Below, in pieces: positions 13,630 to 27,358 of a stretch of DNA of 64,000 nucleotides (position 1 is the first letter of the stretch; each line of letters opens with the position of its first letter). The translations under genes and the position numbers were made by a program. Source of the DNA: Octopus sinensis (lineage: Eukaryota). The stretch covers positions 196,416,001 to 196,480,000 of the forward strand of contig NC_042998.1 of NCBI RefSeq assembly GCF_006345805.1, given 5' to 3'. The notes under the pieces are model-generated. The model did not search any database and was not told the origin of the DNA. It saw nothing but the letters and a program-made list of their open reading frames with translations.

Positions 13630-14590
13630 TACGTGATGGGGTGCGGAAAAGTTCCTGGCTTTTGGGTAAAAAATACAGGAGGATCGTGATTTTATTCAAC
13701 ATATAGGCGCAGGAGTGGCTGTGTGGTAAGTAGCTTGCTTACCAACCACATGGTTCCAGATTCAGTTCCACTGCGTGGCACATTGGGCAAGTGTCTTCTA
13801 CTATAGCCTCGAGCCGACCAAAGCCTTGTGAGTGGATATGGCAGACGGAAACTGAAAGAAGCCCGTCGTATATATGTGTGTCTCTGTTTGTCCCCCAGAC
13901 ATTGCTTGACATCGATGCTGGTGTATTTACGTCCCTGTAACTTAGCGGTTCGGCATAAGAGACCGATAGAATAAGTACTAGGCTTACAAAGAATAAGTCC
14001 TGCAGTCGATTTACTCGACTAAAGGCAGTGCTCCAGCATGGCCGCAGCCAAATGACTGTAACAAGTAAAAGAGTAAAGAGAGAGTATATTCCAATCTCGG
14101 ATTCTCACACCTATTCCAGCAGTCCTTCAGTTTTTGTAAGCCCTGTAAAGAGAATTCAGAAGGTTGGGGCCTCCAACCAGTCCTCTGTAGCAGCAATCAC
14201 TTCCATATATTAATATGGTAAAATTTCCATTCCTTCACATGTTTCTTCCGTTGTGGAAAGAGGTGATAGTCAGAGGGGGCCAAGTCAGGAGAGTAAGGTG
14301 GGTGGTTTACTAATTCAAAGCTAAAGTCAGGTATTTTTCATAGAGTTTCATGTGTTGCATGTGCTGGGGCATTGTTCTGCAAAAACAGGACACCACAGCT
14401 CAGCTTTCCATGGCGTTTCAGCTACAAAGCTTCATACAGTTCCTACAACAGAGACGTGTAATATTCTGCATTGATGGTGCGACTCTTTGACAGGTATTTT
14501 GAGGAGTGCTTCATCATTGTCCCACAACACTGAAGCCAGAATCTTTCCAGCTGACTTCTGTGTCCAAAACTTCTTTGAGACACTGTTTCA
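13630..14590 (-). mobile_element. Decayed mariner-type transposon, with a SINE nested at ~13704-14085
   Basis: Frameshifted transposase remnants consistent with the DNAPAH / HPPYSPDLAPSDYHLF region and the C-terminus LQKLKDCWNRC...EY(V)E; TIR-like end GGGGTGCGGAAAAGTTCC. Confidence 0.75.
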
Positions 14591-15331
14591 CATCCATTTT
14601 CATGCTGGCATGGGTATTGGATGGTATGACAGGAGTTGGCAAACTCTACTGTTAATTTCTACACTTGGATAATCATATTCGTAGCTGATACAGGTGTTAC
14701 ACAAGTAGCACCTGTGCCGGTGGCACGTAGAAAGCACCTTTCAAGCATTGGGCCTCACAGGCAAAGTGGCTGAGCTCCATTTGAGTGTTGGGCATCACAG
14801 AAGCAATGACCTAGACAGCGGCCAGCTGGCAGAAACGTTAGCGTACTGGGTGAAATGTTTAGAATACGTTCTGAGTTCAAATTCCGCCAAGGTCGACTTT
14901 GCCCTTCATCCTTTCGGGGTCAATTAAATAAGTACCAGTTATGCACTGGTGTCAATTTAATCGATTTAATCCGTTTGTCTGTCCTTGTTTGTCCTCTTTG
15001 TGTGTAGCCCCTTATGGGCAGTAAAGAAATAAGAAGCAATGACCTAGACCTTTGGCAGTATGTGCTTGAGAAGAAGACACATCAAGCTGAGCAAAATCAC
15101 AGCCGTGGCAGATACCAGTGTCACGCAAATGGCACCCATGCCGGTGGCATGTAAAAGCACCCATTACACACTCGGAGTGGTTGGTGTTAGGAAGGGCATC
15201 CAGCCATAGAGACCATGCCAAATCAGACTGGAGCTTGGTGCAGCCTTCCAGCTTACCAGCTCTGGTCAAACAGTCTGCCCATGTCACCATGGACAACAGA
15301 TGCTAAATGATGATGATGATGATACTCTTCT

Positions 15332-15363
<32 letters not shown>

Positions 15364-16871
15364 ATGTATATTGTATGTTTGTATATAGGTGTTCAAATAA
15401 AATAGAGTCAGATTTTATGTAATGCACCAAAAACAATACTTTCTACAGATCCGCATGTTTTAAGCATCACAGATTACAATTTTAAAAGAAAAACATTTTA
15501 AAAAGAGTTTTCTTCTTCCTGGCTTCCTTTTCAGTAACTTTTCAGTTTTGACTTTTATGAAAATTTTATTCATGTTTACACAAATTTTTGAATAATATGA
15601 ATCTCAGGTGTTTGATACGAAATCTGAAAACATTTTCTAAAGAAACTTAAGACTGAAATTACAGATTTAAATTACGGAGAAAGATAAAGGCAAAAAAAAT
15701 CTACCTGTTCTTTTCCATTTCTTTTTTTCTTTCTTTTTTTTTTTCTTTTTCACGGGTGATAGGAGCTGAATCATGATCTATAAATGCTTAAACATACACA
15801 TCCCAAAAAATTATAGTTTTTGGCACACTACAACTCCATTCTATAGAAATGCCATCGCCCATATAATACATTAAATGAACTAATTGCATTGCAATTGTAA
15901 GCATTTATTTATTAGCCTTTTGGGTACTTCACTGGTAGTATATTGGATAAATGATATCCCATAGTGGGTTACACTCATAACCCCTATCTCACTTTGTACT
16001 TATATATATATATATATATATATATATAGCCTGAGTGGCTACTGTGTTGGTGGCACGTAAAAAAAGCACCATTCAAGCGTGGTCAATGCCAATACCACCT
16101 GACTGGCCCCTGTGCTGGCGGCATGTAAGAAGCACCCACTACACTCTCAGAGTGGTTAGTGTTAGGAAGAGCATCCAGTTGTAGAAACCTTGCCAGATCA
16201 GATTGGAGCCGGGTGCAGCATTCTGGCTTGCCAGTCCTCAGTCAAACTGTCCACACCATGGCCGCATGAAAAGCGGATGTCAAACAACGATGATGATGAT
16301 ATGTATATAAAAGTTCAAATAGAGGTTAAAATAACCACCTTAAGAGATAAGAAAATACCCAATGAGTTACTGGTTTGTTACCTATTATTTTGTTGTGAAC
16401 AGTAATATTCATAAAGTAATAGTAATTTGTATGTATATATATATATATAGTTAGAATTCACAAAAAACAAAAGACAAAGACAGGTGTATAAACAACAAAC
16501 AGGTGTATTAGTTTAACGCTTGAGTTGAGAATGTCTTTTACGTTTCAAGCCTACGCTGTTCAACAGAAAGGAACACAAAAAAATAAAAAGGGAGAGAATA
16601 AAAAAAGAAACCTTAAGTAGTTAGCGGTCAATCATGGCAATGGCCGGACAGAGGTGGTCTGACAGGAGAGCTAGGAAGAATGGGAGATAATAAAGTAGCA
16701 GTGATCCCAAAACCAAGGTGTGTGTGTGTGTATGTGTGTGTGTGGATAGGGGCAGGTGACCTTAACATGTGGGTGTGTGGATGATGGTATGGGTGCTGGG
16801 AAGTGGTCAGTGCTAGTGTGTGCGGAGTGGTGATGGTTGTGTGTTGTGATGTGTTGGTGATATAGCCCAAC

Positions 16872-17160
16872 AGGGAGAGAGTCAGTTTAGATGAGATGTA
16901 GTTTGGGTTCGTGCCAATGAAAAGCACCACTGATGCTATATTTCTGGTAAGACAGCTGCAGGAGAAATACCTAGCCAAAGATAAACCTCTGTACCTGGCT
17001 TTTGTTGACATGGGGAAAGCCCGATCCCTTATCTGGTGGTCAATGAGGAAACTAGGGATAGATGAATGGTTAGTGAGAGTTGTATGAACCATGTACAGGG
17101 ATGCTGTCAGTAAGGTGAGGGTTGGCAACGAGTACAGTGAAGAATTCCGGGTAGAGGTAG
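16872..17160 (+). mobile_element. RTE LINE reverse-transcriptase fragment
   Basis: FGFVP.KSTTDAIFLVRQLQEKYLAKDKPLYLAFVDM.KA...SLIWWSMRKLGIDEWLVR with stops and a deletion. Confidence 0.88.
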
Positions 17161-17828
17161 AGTGATTATATTAGAGTATTAGTTTGAAAGAGGCAAATTC
17201 AAAGCCGTCACATATCTAAACACAGAGGGCATATATATAATTTGTGTGTGTAATGGAAGTGGGATGGTGAACATTCAATGCTGAAAAGAAAAATCAAACA
17301 ACGTTTCAACTCTGTGTATGTGTGTGTGTGTACAAGGGAAGTATGTGAATGTTTATATGTGTGAACCAGTGTTCTTTCAGTAACAAGCGATGATGGATGT
17401 CACATCTCAAAAGACAACCACTAGATAACATTGACAAGCGTATTAATTTGTCTTTTTGTTAAAAATAATTATTACAATCACACACACCTACACAAACATA
17501 TACAAACTCATTAGAGAAAATAATAATTGCCTGAAAGTTTCAAGAATATAAAACGACTGCAGTTGAAAGGTTTATTATAAATTACACATTTAACAGTTCA
17601 TACATGTGCCTAATTTATTTCTATTAAGAAATTTATGTGATAAATTTTGAATAGGGAGTTTTTACAACATCAACTATAAATCACAGACTGCTTTTTGTGG
17701 CTTTAAGTTGTATGAGTTTCGGTTGGTTTCAGTAATGGGGAGCACAACTGAAAGGAAACATCTCTTCAAAAAAGTTGGTATTTACTTGCCAGCTCCCGTA
17801 TTTAGTCACGGCCAGCTCTATGTGGCCT

Positions 17829-18059
17829 TAACCCTTTAGCATTTAAACCGGCCATATCTGGCCAAGAATATTCTACCTGTTTTATGTTCAAACAGGCCAG
17901 ATCTGGTCTCTCACACCAACCCTACAATATTGTTTTAAAAATTAACAGCTACCTCATCAATACCTCATCATAGCTACAAGATAATGCATGATTAATTCAA
18001 AAGAATGTAGACGAAGAAGCATTAATTTTGGTAGAATAATGCAAACACTAAAGGGTTAA
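17829..18059. mobile_element. TTAA-flanked (piggyBac-like) MITE, family 1
   Basis: TTAA-CCCTTTAG...CTAAAGGG-TTAA; related copies at ~38477-38704 (opposite orientation) and ~56886-57045. Confidence 0.7.
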
Positions 18060-18956
18060 GTCATACAAGAAGGAAGAAAAACTTTAAAATCCGGCATTCC
18101 TTCGATATAACTCTACAAAATCAAAACATTTCACTTCGGGTAATTCCATGGGTTGTGGAGTATAGATATAAAGAAATTATGCCAGCAATGTCTCGTTTTA
18201 AACTTGAAGAAAAAAAGCCTTGCATATTTGTTCTTACCTGTTTCATGTGTCTATGTAAAATCTGCAAATTTCCAAGAGGAAAACAGAATCGAACTGTCGT
18301 TTGCTTCCACAGAAATACCCGAAGTGAAATGTTTTGATTTTGTCGAGTTATATCGAAGGAATGCCTAAAATCCTTTTGAAGGAAACAAGCAGTCAAGGAA
18401 TGTTAATTGCAGAAAGATTTTTCACAAAAAATTTGGCAATAAAAGAATTATTAAACTAAAAACTTTTGTACCTTATTTATATATAAAATATGACAATGAG
18501 CCCTCATTTTTGATGGCATGGGGCCAGCTAGTTTAACACAGTTCTCAGGAATATACAGTGTGACACAGAATGTGACAAGGATGGTCCTTTGAAATACAGG
18601 AACAATTTTTGCCAGCTGAGTGGTCTGGCTGGAGCAATGAGAAATAAAGTGTCTCCCTCAAAGACACACAATGCAACACTGGGAATTGAACTCACAACCT
18701 TATGATTGTGAGCCAAATACCACTAACCACTTAGCCACACACCTTCACATGTATAATGTATGAAATATTTTTGCTGAAAATGTTAGATTACAGAAGAGGG
18801 TCCACTTGTTTCATTTTAAAATTTGTTAGAATAATGATACAGCATAAGATGGTACAAGGGTCTCTTTGTTAGGAGGCTTTTCAGCTAAAAATAAAATTTT
18901 CTATATATACATACATACATACATACACATATATATGTATACATGTATGGTATGTA

Positions 18957-19001
<45 letters not shown>

Positions 19002-19004
<3 letters not shown>

Positions 19005-19145
19005 AAATTTAGAGGACTGACTACTAAAAGGTGGACAGCCTTTATGCTAGATATAGACATCAAAATCGCCATTTTCCACGAAGAATGTGTTCTCAAATAG
19101 CATAAAGGCTGTCCACCTTTTAGTAGTCAGTCCTCTAAATTTTGT
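19002..19145. repeat. Perfect inverted repeat, 48-bp arms, 48-nt loop
   Basis: 19002-19049 vs 19098-19145. Confidence 0.9.
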
Positions 19146-19228
19146 ATGTAAAAAATGTTTAATCTTCGAATTTTTAAAAAATGCTTGGCCACTGGTTTTA
19201 ATTGATTAATATCAATTTCTACCTTTAT

Positions 19229-19301
<73 letters not shown>

Positions 19302-20378
19302 TAAGGTATGTAGAAAAATACAACATGGACAAGAACGTATAACTCTTAGAAGACGATACAATAAACATGGACAGGACATTCGAACCCCTCAGTCTTCAGT
19401 CAAGAACCGGATCATCGTAGTAATTTCGGCTGATTAATCTTGAGATTACTAGATCACGGCCAGCCCTCCAAGAAAAACTAAGCAACGAGCATTAGAAAAA
19501 CTAAGCTGGAAGCGTAGATTTCCTGGAAGAAGGATCGAATGCATACGAACACCAGGACAGCAAAAGGGACAGATATATATATATATATACATATATACAT
19601 ACATACATACATACATGCTTCCCAGAAGTTTAGTATTTAAGTATATATGCACATGTCTAGACATGTAACTATATGCATGAGAATACATACATAAAACAAG
19701 ACATACAAATCTGTACATGCAATGACTCTAAATACAGCACGTATACACACAAGCAAGGGAAAAATACTCTGTTGATGTTGCTAAAATTCCAATGAAGGAG
19801 CCTTGGATCTAGGTTAGAAACCAGCTCTTTCTCTATTGGCAAGAAACCTTGAAATAAAACTGAATAATAAATAACACACACACACACACATACAAGAAGA
19901 GACAGGGGGGATAAAATAAAAGATATATGGATAGGTAAACAGTCAACCCTTTTGATCATACAGACAACCTGACACTGTTCCCTGTTTAATGAAACAAACT
20001 TCATATCTAAAATGATCCAAATTAAAACCTTACAGAGCCTTTTTAATAAACTATTTGTAAGAGCTGCAGAATTATCCTTTCATCATCATCATTGTTTAAC
20101 GTCCGCTTTCCATGCTGGCATGGGTTGGACGATTTTGACTGAGGGCTGGCAAACCAGATGGCTACACCAGGCTCCAATCTTGATTTGGCAGAGTTTCTAC
20201 AGCTGGATGCCCTTCATAACACCAACCACTCCCGGAGTGTAGTGGGTGCTTCTTACATGCCACCGGCACGGGGGCCAGTCAGGTGGTACTGGCAATGACC
20301 TTACTCGAATCCTTTTACACATGCCACCGGCACAGGTGCCAGTAAAGCGACATTGGTAATGATCACGCTCGAATGGTG

Positions 20379-20458
20379 ATTTAGAAATATATTTCTAAAT
20401 CTCTCAGAGATTTATGTAGTAGCAGCACGATAATCTCTGAGAGATTTAGAAATATATT
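20379..20458. repeat. Nested inverted repeats (27-bp arms plus an overlapping 22-bp palindrome)
   Basis: 20386-20412 vs 20432-20458; ATTTAGAAATATATTTCTAAAT at 20379-20400. Confidence 0.88.
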
Positions 20459-20553
20459 ATTTCTATTTTCAAAAATCAGTGAATGTATATGTATATATAT
20501 ATATATATGTTTTCAAAGGCGGATAGGCATCGACAGCTAGCAAGCCTTGCTAC

Positions 20554-20596
20554 TCCAGACTGATGATGAGCAATAACTCTGAAACTAGTCTCTGGA
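20554..20596 (+). ncRNA. Minimal type-I hammerhead ribozyme motif (Penelope-type)
   Basis: UCCAGA-CUGAUGA-UGAG(CAAUAA)CUCU-GAAA-CUAGUC/UCUGGA: intact core, palindromic ACUAGU stem III, GUC triplet (cleavage after 20590), 6-bp stem I. Stem II has a U.U mismatch at its base. Confidence 0.75.
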
Positions 20597-21104
20597 TTCT
20601 GGCTTTGCTGGGTGGAGGTGCTTATCACCTCCCTTGTAAACATAAGAACACAGGAAATGTGTCAAGTCCAACAGGAAGCGGTGTTTCCTAGGGCTGAATA
20701 ACAGTAGCATTCTTCCCTTTTATGGGAAGAATACTATCACTTTATAAGCACTGGTTCTATTTCATCATCATCATTAGTAGCAGCAGCAACATTCAGCATC
20801 TGTTTTCCCATGCTAGCATGGGTTGGATGGTTTGACAGGAGCTGGCAAGGCTGGAGAGCTGCCCCGGTTCCATGTCTGTTATGCCATGGTTTCTACAGCT
20901 GGATGCCCTTCCTGATGCGAAACACTTTACAGAGTGTACTGGGTGCTTTATATGTAGCCCCCCAGTACAGGGTTTTTCACGTAGCACCCGCACGTATATA
21001 CATATATATGTAAAGCAAGTATCATCATGAGTTAAATCCAGTCTACAATGGAGAAAGCAAGCCACTAGATTTGGTTAAGAGTCAATGAGCAATGGTTAAA
21101 AGAA

Positions 21105-21856
21105 TATTCTTTTCTACTCAAGACACAAGACCCGAAATTTTTGGGGAGGACCAGTTGATTAGATTGACCTCAGTATGCATCTGGTACTTAATTTATCGAC
21201 CCAGAAAGGATGAAAGGCAAAGTTGACCTCAGAGGAATTTGAACTCAGAACATAAAGACAGACGAAATACTTATTTCTTTTACTACCCACAAGGGGCTAA
21301 ACATAGAGAGGACAAACAAGGATAGACAAATGGATTTAGTCGATTATATCGACCCCAGTGTGTTACTGGTACTTATTTAATCGACCCCGAAAGTATGAAA
21401 GGCAAAGTCGACCTCGGCGGAATTTGAACTCAGAACGTAGCGGCAGATGAAATACCAATTTCTTTACTACCCACAAGGGGCTAAACACAGAGAGGACAAA
21501 CGGATTAAGTCGATTATATTGACCCCAGTGCGTAACTGGTACTTATTTAATCAACCCTGAAAGGATGAAAGGCAAAGTCGACCTCGGCAGAATTTGAACT
21601 CAGAACATGGCGGCAAATGGAATCCCTATTTCTTTACTACCCACAAGGGGCTAAACACAGAGGGGACAAACAAGGACAGACAAACGGATCAAGGCGATTA
21701 TATCGCCCCCAGTGCTTAACTGGTACTTATTTAATCGACCCTGAAAGGATGAAAGGCAAAGTCGACATCAGCAGAATTGAACTCAGAACGTAACGGTAGA
21801 CGAAATACCACTAAGCATTTCGCCCAGCATGCTAACAACTCTGCCAGCTCGCCGCA
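21105..21856 (-). mobile_element. Multimeric SINE B array
   Basis: One full head at the right end followed by head-truncated ~160-190-bp units in tandem. Confidence 0.8.
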
Positions 21857-23283
21857 TTGATTAAAAGAATATTGAGTGAAGTCTAGTAACCAGTTGATCC
21901 TGCAAGTAGGGCCTCATCTCAATGAGGGGTGGTGACGTGCAATAATGCTGTCGAGAGGAAGGCCCTGAAACAGCACTCATTCTCTCCTGCTGACCCCATA
22001 AACCGGCTAGTGTCCAGTAAGCAGAGCTTTCAAGAGGTAGCACTTGTATCTGCAAGTTGTTCACAAATAATGTTTGACTGTATGGATGTGTGTATGTGTA
22101 TTTGCCTCATCCAACTGTTGACAACCGGTGGTGGTTTGTTTACATCACCATAACTTAGCGATTCAGCAAAAGACAATAGAATATGTATGAAACTTTAAAA
22201 AAATACTGGGGTCAATTTGTTTGACTAAAACCCTTCAAAGTGATGCCCCAGCATGGGCACAGCCAACACCTGGGGCAAAAGATGAAAAAGTTGTATTGGC
22301 ACTGGAGTGGCTGTATGGTAAGAAGTTCACTTCCCAACCTCATGGTTCCAGGTTCAGTCCCATTGTGTTTTCTACTATAGCCTCAAAACTTTGTGAAGGG
22401 ATTTGTTTGACGGAAACTAAAAGAAGCCCATCATATATATATATATATATATATCTGTGATACACGATCCCTATTGATCGTTTTTTCCTTTCCTTTTTAC
22501 GATCCCTTTTGATAGAAAACCTACCCCCCTTTTATTTATTCTTTTTCTCCCCAAAAAGAAAAAAACTCTACTTTGTATTTTGTTCCCTCTGTGTTCAGCC
22601 CTGTGTGGCTAATAAATAAACGTGTGTGTGTGTGTAAACACACTTATCCTTGTGTCTGTTTGCCCTCCCTGCCGCCGCTTGACAACCAATGTTGTTGTGT
22701 TTACGTCTCCGTAACTTAGCGGTTCGGCTAAAAAGACAATACAACAAATACGAGGTTTTAAAAAAAATATATAGAGTTGATCCGATCAACTATAATTCCA
22801 TTAATGCGGTGCCCCAGCCTTGCTTCAGTCTAATGACTGAAACAAGTAAAAGATAAAATAAAATGCTGTGTGGTAAGTAGCTTGCTAACCAACCACATGG
22901 TTCCGGGTTCAGTCCCACTGCATGGCATCTTGGGCAAGTGTCTTCTGCTATAGCCCTGGGCCGACCAATGCCTTGTGAGTGGATTTGGTAGACGGAAACT
23001 GAAAGAAGCCTGTCGTATATATACATATATATATATATATATTATATATATATATATATGTGTGTGTCTGTGTTTGTCCCCCTAGCATTGCTTGACAACC
23101 GATACTGGTGTGTTTACGTCCCCGTCACTTAGCGGTTCGGCAAAAAGCAACCGATAGAATAAGTACTGGGCTTACAAAGAATAAGTCCCGGGGTCGATTT
23201 GCTCGACTAAAGGCGGTGCTCCAGCATGGCCGCAGTCAAATGACTGAAACAAGTAAAAGAATAAAAGAGTAGAGCTGTATATA

Positions 23284-23493
23284 CAGGGTGTAGCAGAATA
23301 ATCTCCCATATTTTACATGGCCACTGGTATGGCCCAAGCGAGCAGATGGTAACGGTGCTTCGATGTAGAATTAACCGTTTTACTCCCGTATCGTAATGGC
23401 TTTTATTGGTGCATACTGTAGTTTTTTTTTTCTGTTGAAACGTTTATCATCCTGCAAAATGTGGGAGTCTTATTATTATTTTGCCACAGCCTG
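23284..23493. mobile_element. Tc1/mariner-like MITE
   Basis: TA|CAGGGTGTAGCAGAATAAT ... ATTATTTTGCCACAGCCTG|TA. Confidence 0.7.
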
Positions 23494-24337
23494 TAATATG
23501 TATGTATAATATATATATATATATATATGATCAGCTGAGTGTCTCTAACAGAAGCATCAAATCCGTCTAGCTGAATGGTGCAGTGATGGTGAAGGGCGTA
23601 AATATACTCTGATAGCCATAAACATCTAGAAACAGGTGCTTTAGAAATATCCTGAATATTATTACTAATAAAAGGCTAGAAATTCAGAGCAAGGAAAACC
23701 CCTTTCCGCCCGAATTAACGCGTAGAAGACACCCAAAACAGCCAAGATATAGCGAGACGAAAAGTGAGTGGAGATAGGCAGTTCACCAGACAGGGAGGGA
23801 TGTTTGGCAAGGCAAGTCAAGACTTAAGTGTGGAACTTTTGAGTGGGAAAAGGAAAGCAGGGATGCCTGATTATTATCGGGAGAAGATTAAGATTAAGAG
23901 ATGGGGTACTGAAAATGAGAGATATGACATAGGGGTCATAGGAGAAGGCATTGGAAACAGCCTGTTCCACCAGGCGTTTGAGCAGGCCACGATTAGGACG
24001 ATGATGATGATGTGCGCGCGTGTATATATGTGTGCGTGTGTGTGTGTTGTAAATTAGCGTTTAATTGCTAAACGCTTATCGAAATCTTAAATACATAGAA
24101 TTTATTAAATGCGTTCATCGGATATTTTTTAAAATCCTTCCTACTTTCAGAATGTTAAAAAACAAAAACAAACTTGTAACTTTTTTTTATTATTAATTTC
24201 TGGAGAAAATGAGTATAATTTTCGTCATCAGCTTGCAAAAAAGAAAAAAACTACATCCAATACTGAAAATTTGAGAACATTCTGACGATAGGAAGGTTTT
24301 ACCCACCTTCATACATGTATGTATATTAATATATACA

Positions 24338-24369
<32 letters not shown>

Positions 24370-24408
24370 CTGTAAATATAATATGTGACAATTATTCGGT
24401 AGTAGCCA

Positions 24409-24472
24409 AGATAAAACTCTTGAGTTTCGGATGCCGAGGTGGAAATCCACACCACCACCTCATCGGTTATCC
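24409..24472 (-). ncRNA. Degenerate or variant hammerhead motif
   Basis: Minus strand GGAUAA-CCGAUGA-...CAUCC-GAAA-CUC(AA)GAG-UU/UUAUCU: stems I and III pair, but the core has U4C and the base of stem II is imperfect. Confidence 0.5.
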
Positions 24473-24511
24473 GGCCATCGGAAAAACGCTATTTTTACCA
24501 ATATATATATA

Positions 24512-24564
<53 letters not shown>

Positions 24565-24617
24565 GCACACACACATATATATGACATTCAGTAACATACA
24601 GATAATGCAATATCTTG

Positions 24618-24648
<31 letters not shown>

Positions 24649-24809
24649 CTATACATATGTGTGCTACATATGCTTTGGCCCTTCCTTCTGCCTGAACTTG
24701 TAAACATGAAATAAAATCTCATTTCTCTTCTCTTTCCATTTTCCCTACCCCCCCCCGACCCATCGTCGTCGCATTAATTAAAATCTCCTCTCAACAATCA
24801 ATTGCATAT

Positions 24810-25128
24810 ACATTATTAACCAATCAAATTAACGCATTCATTTTTAAATTACGCTCCTTCTGCCGGAACCGAACCACTACTAAATATGTAATATTTCAAA
24901 TATTCTCTCAAACCACTGTAATATTAAAAAATAAGTTATTTTACAGTAAAAGCAGAAAATAAAATAATCATATAGATCGAAATTTATCTCTAATAAGATG
25001 AAACGAATCCATTTTATTGCAGTTTAGTTGGCGCACTATGTTACGAAGCGGAGTAATATTTAGTGCACTCGTTAGTTAGTCCGTTTTAGTATCATAATAT
25101 TTGAACGTCGATAGTTTTTCTCGTAAGT
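24810..25128 (+). promoter_or_regulatory. Candidate cell-cycle promoter / non-coding first exon of the Ki-67 gene
   Basis: Unique sequence with AACCAATCA (24818), TTTAAA (24843), TTGGCGC (25028), TTTGAA (25100) and a donor-like CTC|GTAAGT at 25123. These motifs are short and could be chance in AT-rich DNA. Confidence 0.3.
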
Positions 25129-27009
25129 AATACTTTTCCGTCCACTTTGGTGCTTTAAATTATTTTGCAATCCTTTTTACTATAAATTATTATCAATTTT
25201 ATGTCTCTAGATGAAAGTCAATATCATCTTGAGCGTGCTGAATGTTTTCTTTTAACCCTTTCATTGTCTTTGTTTGTCAAATGTAATATTTTAGCTGCAA
25301 AACCAATGAAAGAACCGAATCTCATCTTCCTTCTTTCTTAATCTCTTTCTCTGCTTCTCTCCCACCTTGCTTCGCTTATTTTCCTTCAAATATCACATTT
25401 CTCTTATCTCCATTTCACACTTACCCAAGCCAGATGGTTTATTTTACCTTTCTTTTACCTAGAACCAATTATTCATTTACATTTCAATACTCCAATTAAC
25501 CCACAGCTACTCCAATTAACCCACAGCTTCTCCAATTAACGCCGGCGCCCTTTATAAACTCTATGGAAACACTTGGTCTTCAAACTTACAAAGAAGCATT
25601 TAAATTAATTGTAAATAACTAACAGACCTCCTCACGAAAGATGTCAGTGTATCTATGAATATTACCGTGGCTTTAAGTGAAATTATAGATTCTCAGTTTA
25701 AACTTAGCGCTGTTAACGACATCATCAGAACTTGGCGCAAATTTTGGTTTTCGTTCTCACCCAACTCGGTCTCTTCTCCATAACAACTTTACATACACAC
25801 ACACGTTTATGTATATACACACGCATACATATTTTTATATACACTCTCACAAATAATGCACACCGTTGTATTTTTTTGAGTCCACACGTTCCAGCCCATA
25901 TTTGATCAGGTGTGTGTGTGGGTAATTATAAATATATATATCTATATACCTTATATATATATATGTATGTTTTTGTATTATCTATAATGACGATTAATTG
26001 GTTGATAATTCCTCAAAATATTATTAATTATATAAAAGTTTCCAGTGTGGTCTTAGAACTTTTACGTGGGTGGTAGTGGTAGTGGGGCCCTACGATATCA
26101 AATTTTCCTTTTAACCCCAGGTCAGCTATGATCAGAGACTGTCCAAATGTGAACTTCCCAGCATCTGTTCAGACAGCATATCTAGGATTCTATATAAGCC
26201 AATGTGTCTTTTTTGTTTTAAGACAATTGGGATGTTATTCTGAGGAGATTTGACTGCTATTTCTAGCAGGTCGAATACCACTTTGAAACTCGTTAACTCA
26301 CTTCCCACTTCTTTCTCGATAGTTTATTTAATCTTCAGTTGGCCTATATCTAAGACATTCCATCCATAACCACCCCGTCTTTTTTTTGATACTGTATAAT
26401 AGACCACATTATCCAGCGTGTCCTTTAAAAATAAAAAAAAAACGCTATTGGTTGAGTGAGGTTTGACTGTTATTTCTAGTAGATCAAGCGACCGTAGACA
26501 CCCCTTTGTTGACTGATCTGAAAGTTGTTTTCAGACCGCATTATCGTTTTTTTTTTCCATTAAAGGTGATCAATTGAGTTCTCAACGAAAATTTAACTGT
26601 TATTTCTAGCAGGCCGAGTGTCCACATATAAGCTTCGTTTTGTTGGCTTCTTTGACAGTTAATACTATTCCAACCGAGGCCATCGCTTTTGTTAGGGATA
26701 TCTACATTTGCCCTTTCTTTTAAAGGGTGTGATTTGAGGACACGTGGCTGCTGCTTTTTCACGCTGTCTGAGTGGTTTCTTAGCCTCTTAAGTTACCAGC
26801 TGAGAAATTGAAACAAAATGTAAATAAGGGCGCTAAAAGTCAAGATTACTCCTTTGATTATAAAGATATCTTTGATGTTATAATATAAGTAACATACTAA
26901 ATTTTTCTTTCGTTCATTAAAAAATTAATTTCAGAGTTACGTTTGCAAAATTTACCTTCGTGTGGTTAGATATACAGATACTGTACGAGCAGTATTAATC
27001 TGTGTCCAG

Positions 27010-27013
27010 GTGT

Positions 27014-27044
<31 letters not shown>

Positions 27045-27209
27045 GTATGTATGTATATATATGTATGTATGTATATATATATGTATGTATGTATATATAT
27101 ATGTATGTATGTATATATATATGTATGTATGTATGTATATATATATGTATGTATGTATATTATATATATGTATGTATATAATATATATATATATATAATG
27201 TCAATATAG

Positions 27210-27245
<36 letters not shown>

Positions 27246-27260
27246 TATTATTATGTATAT

Positions 27261-27294
<34 letters not shown>

Positions 27295-27312
27295 GTATGT
27301 ATGTATTATATG

Positions 27313-27358
<46 letters not shown>

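Noticed and set aside
19370-19410. Hammerhead candidate CTGAAGA...GAAT on the minus strand
   Set aside because: No stem II pairing, GAAT instead of GAAA, no stem I.
24220-24310. CTGATGA-C-GAAA (minus strand, ~24218-24232) and CTGACGA (24282)
   Set aside because: No stem II in the first; no downstream GAAA in the second.
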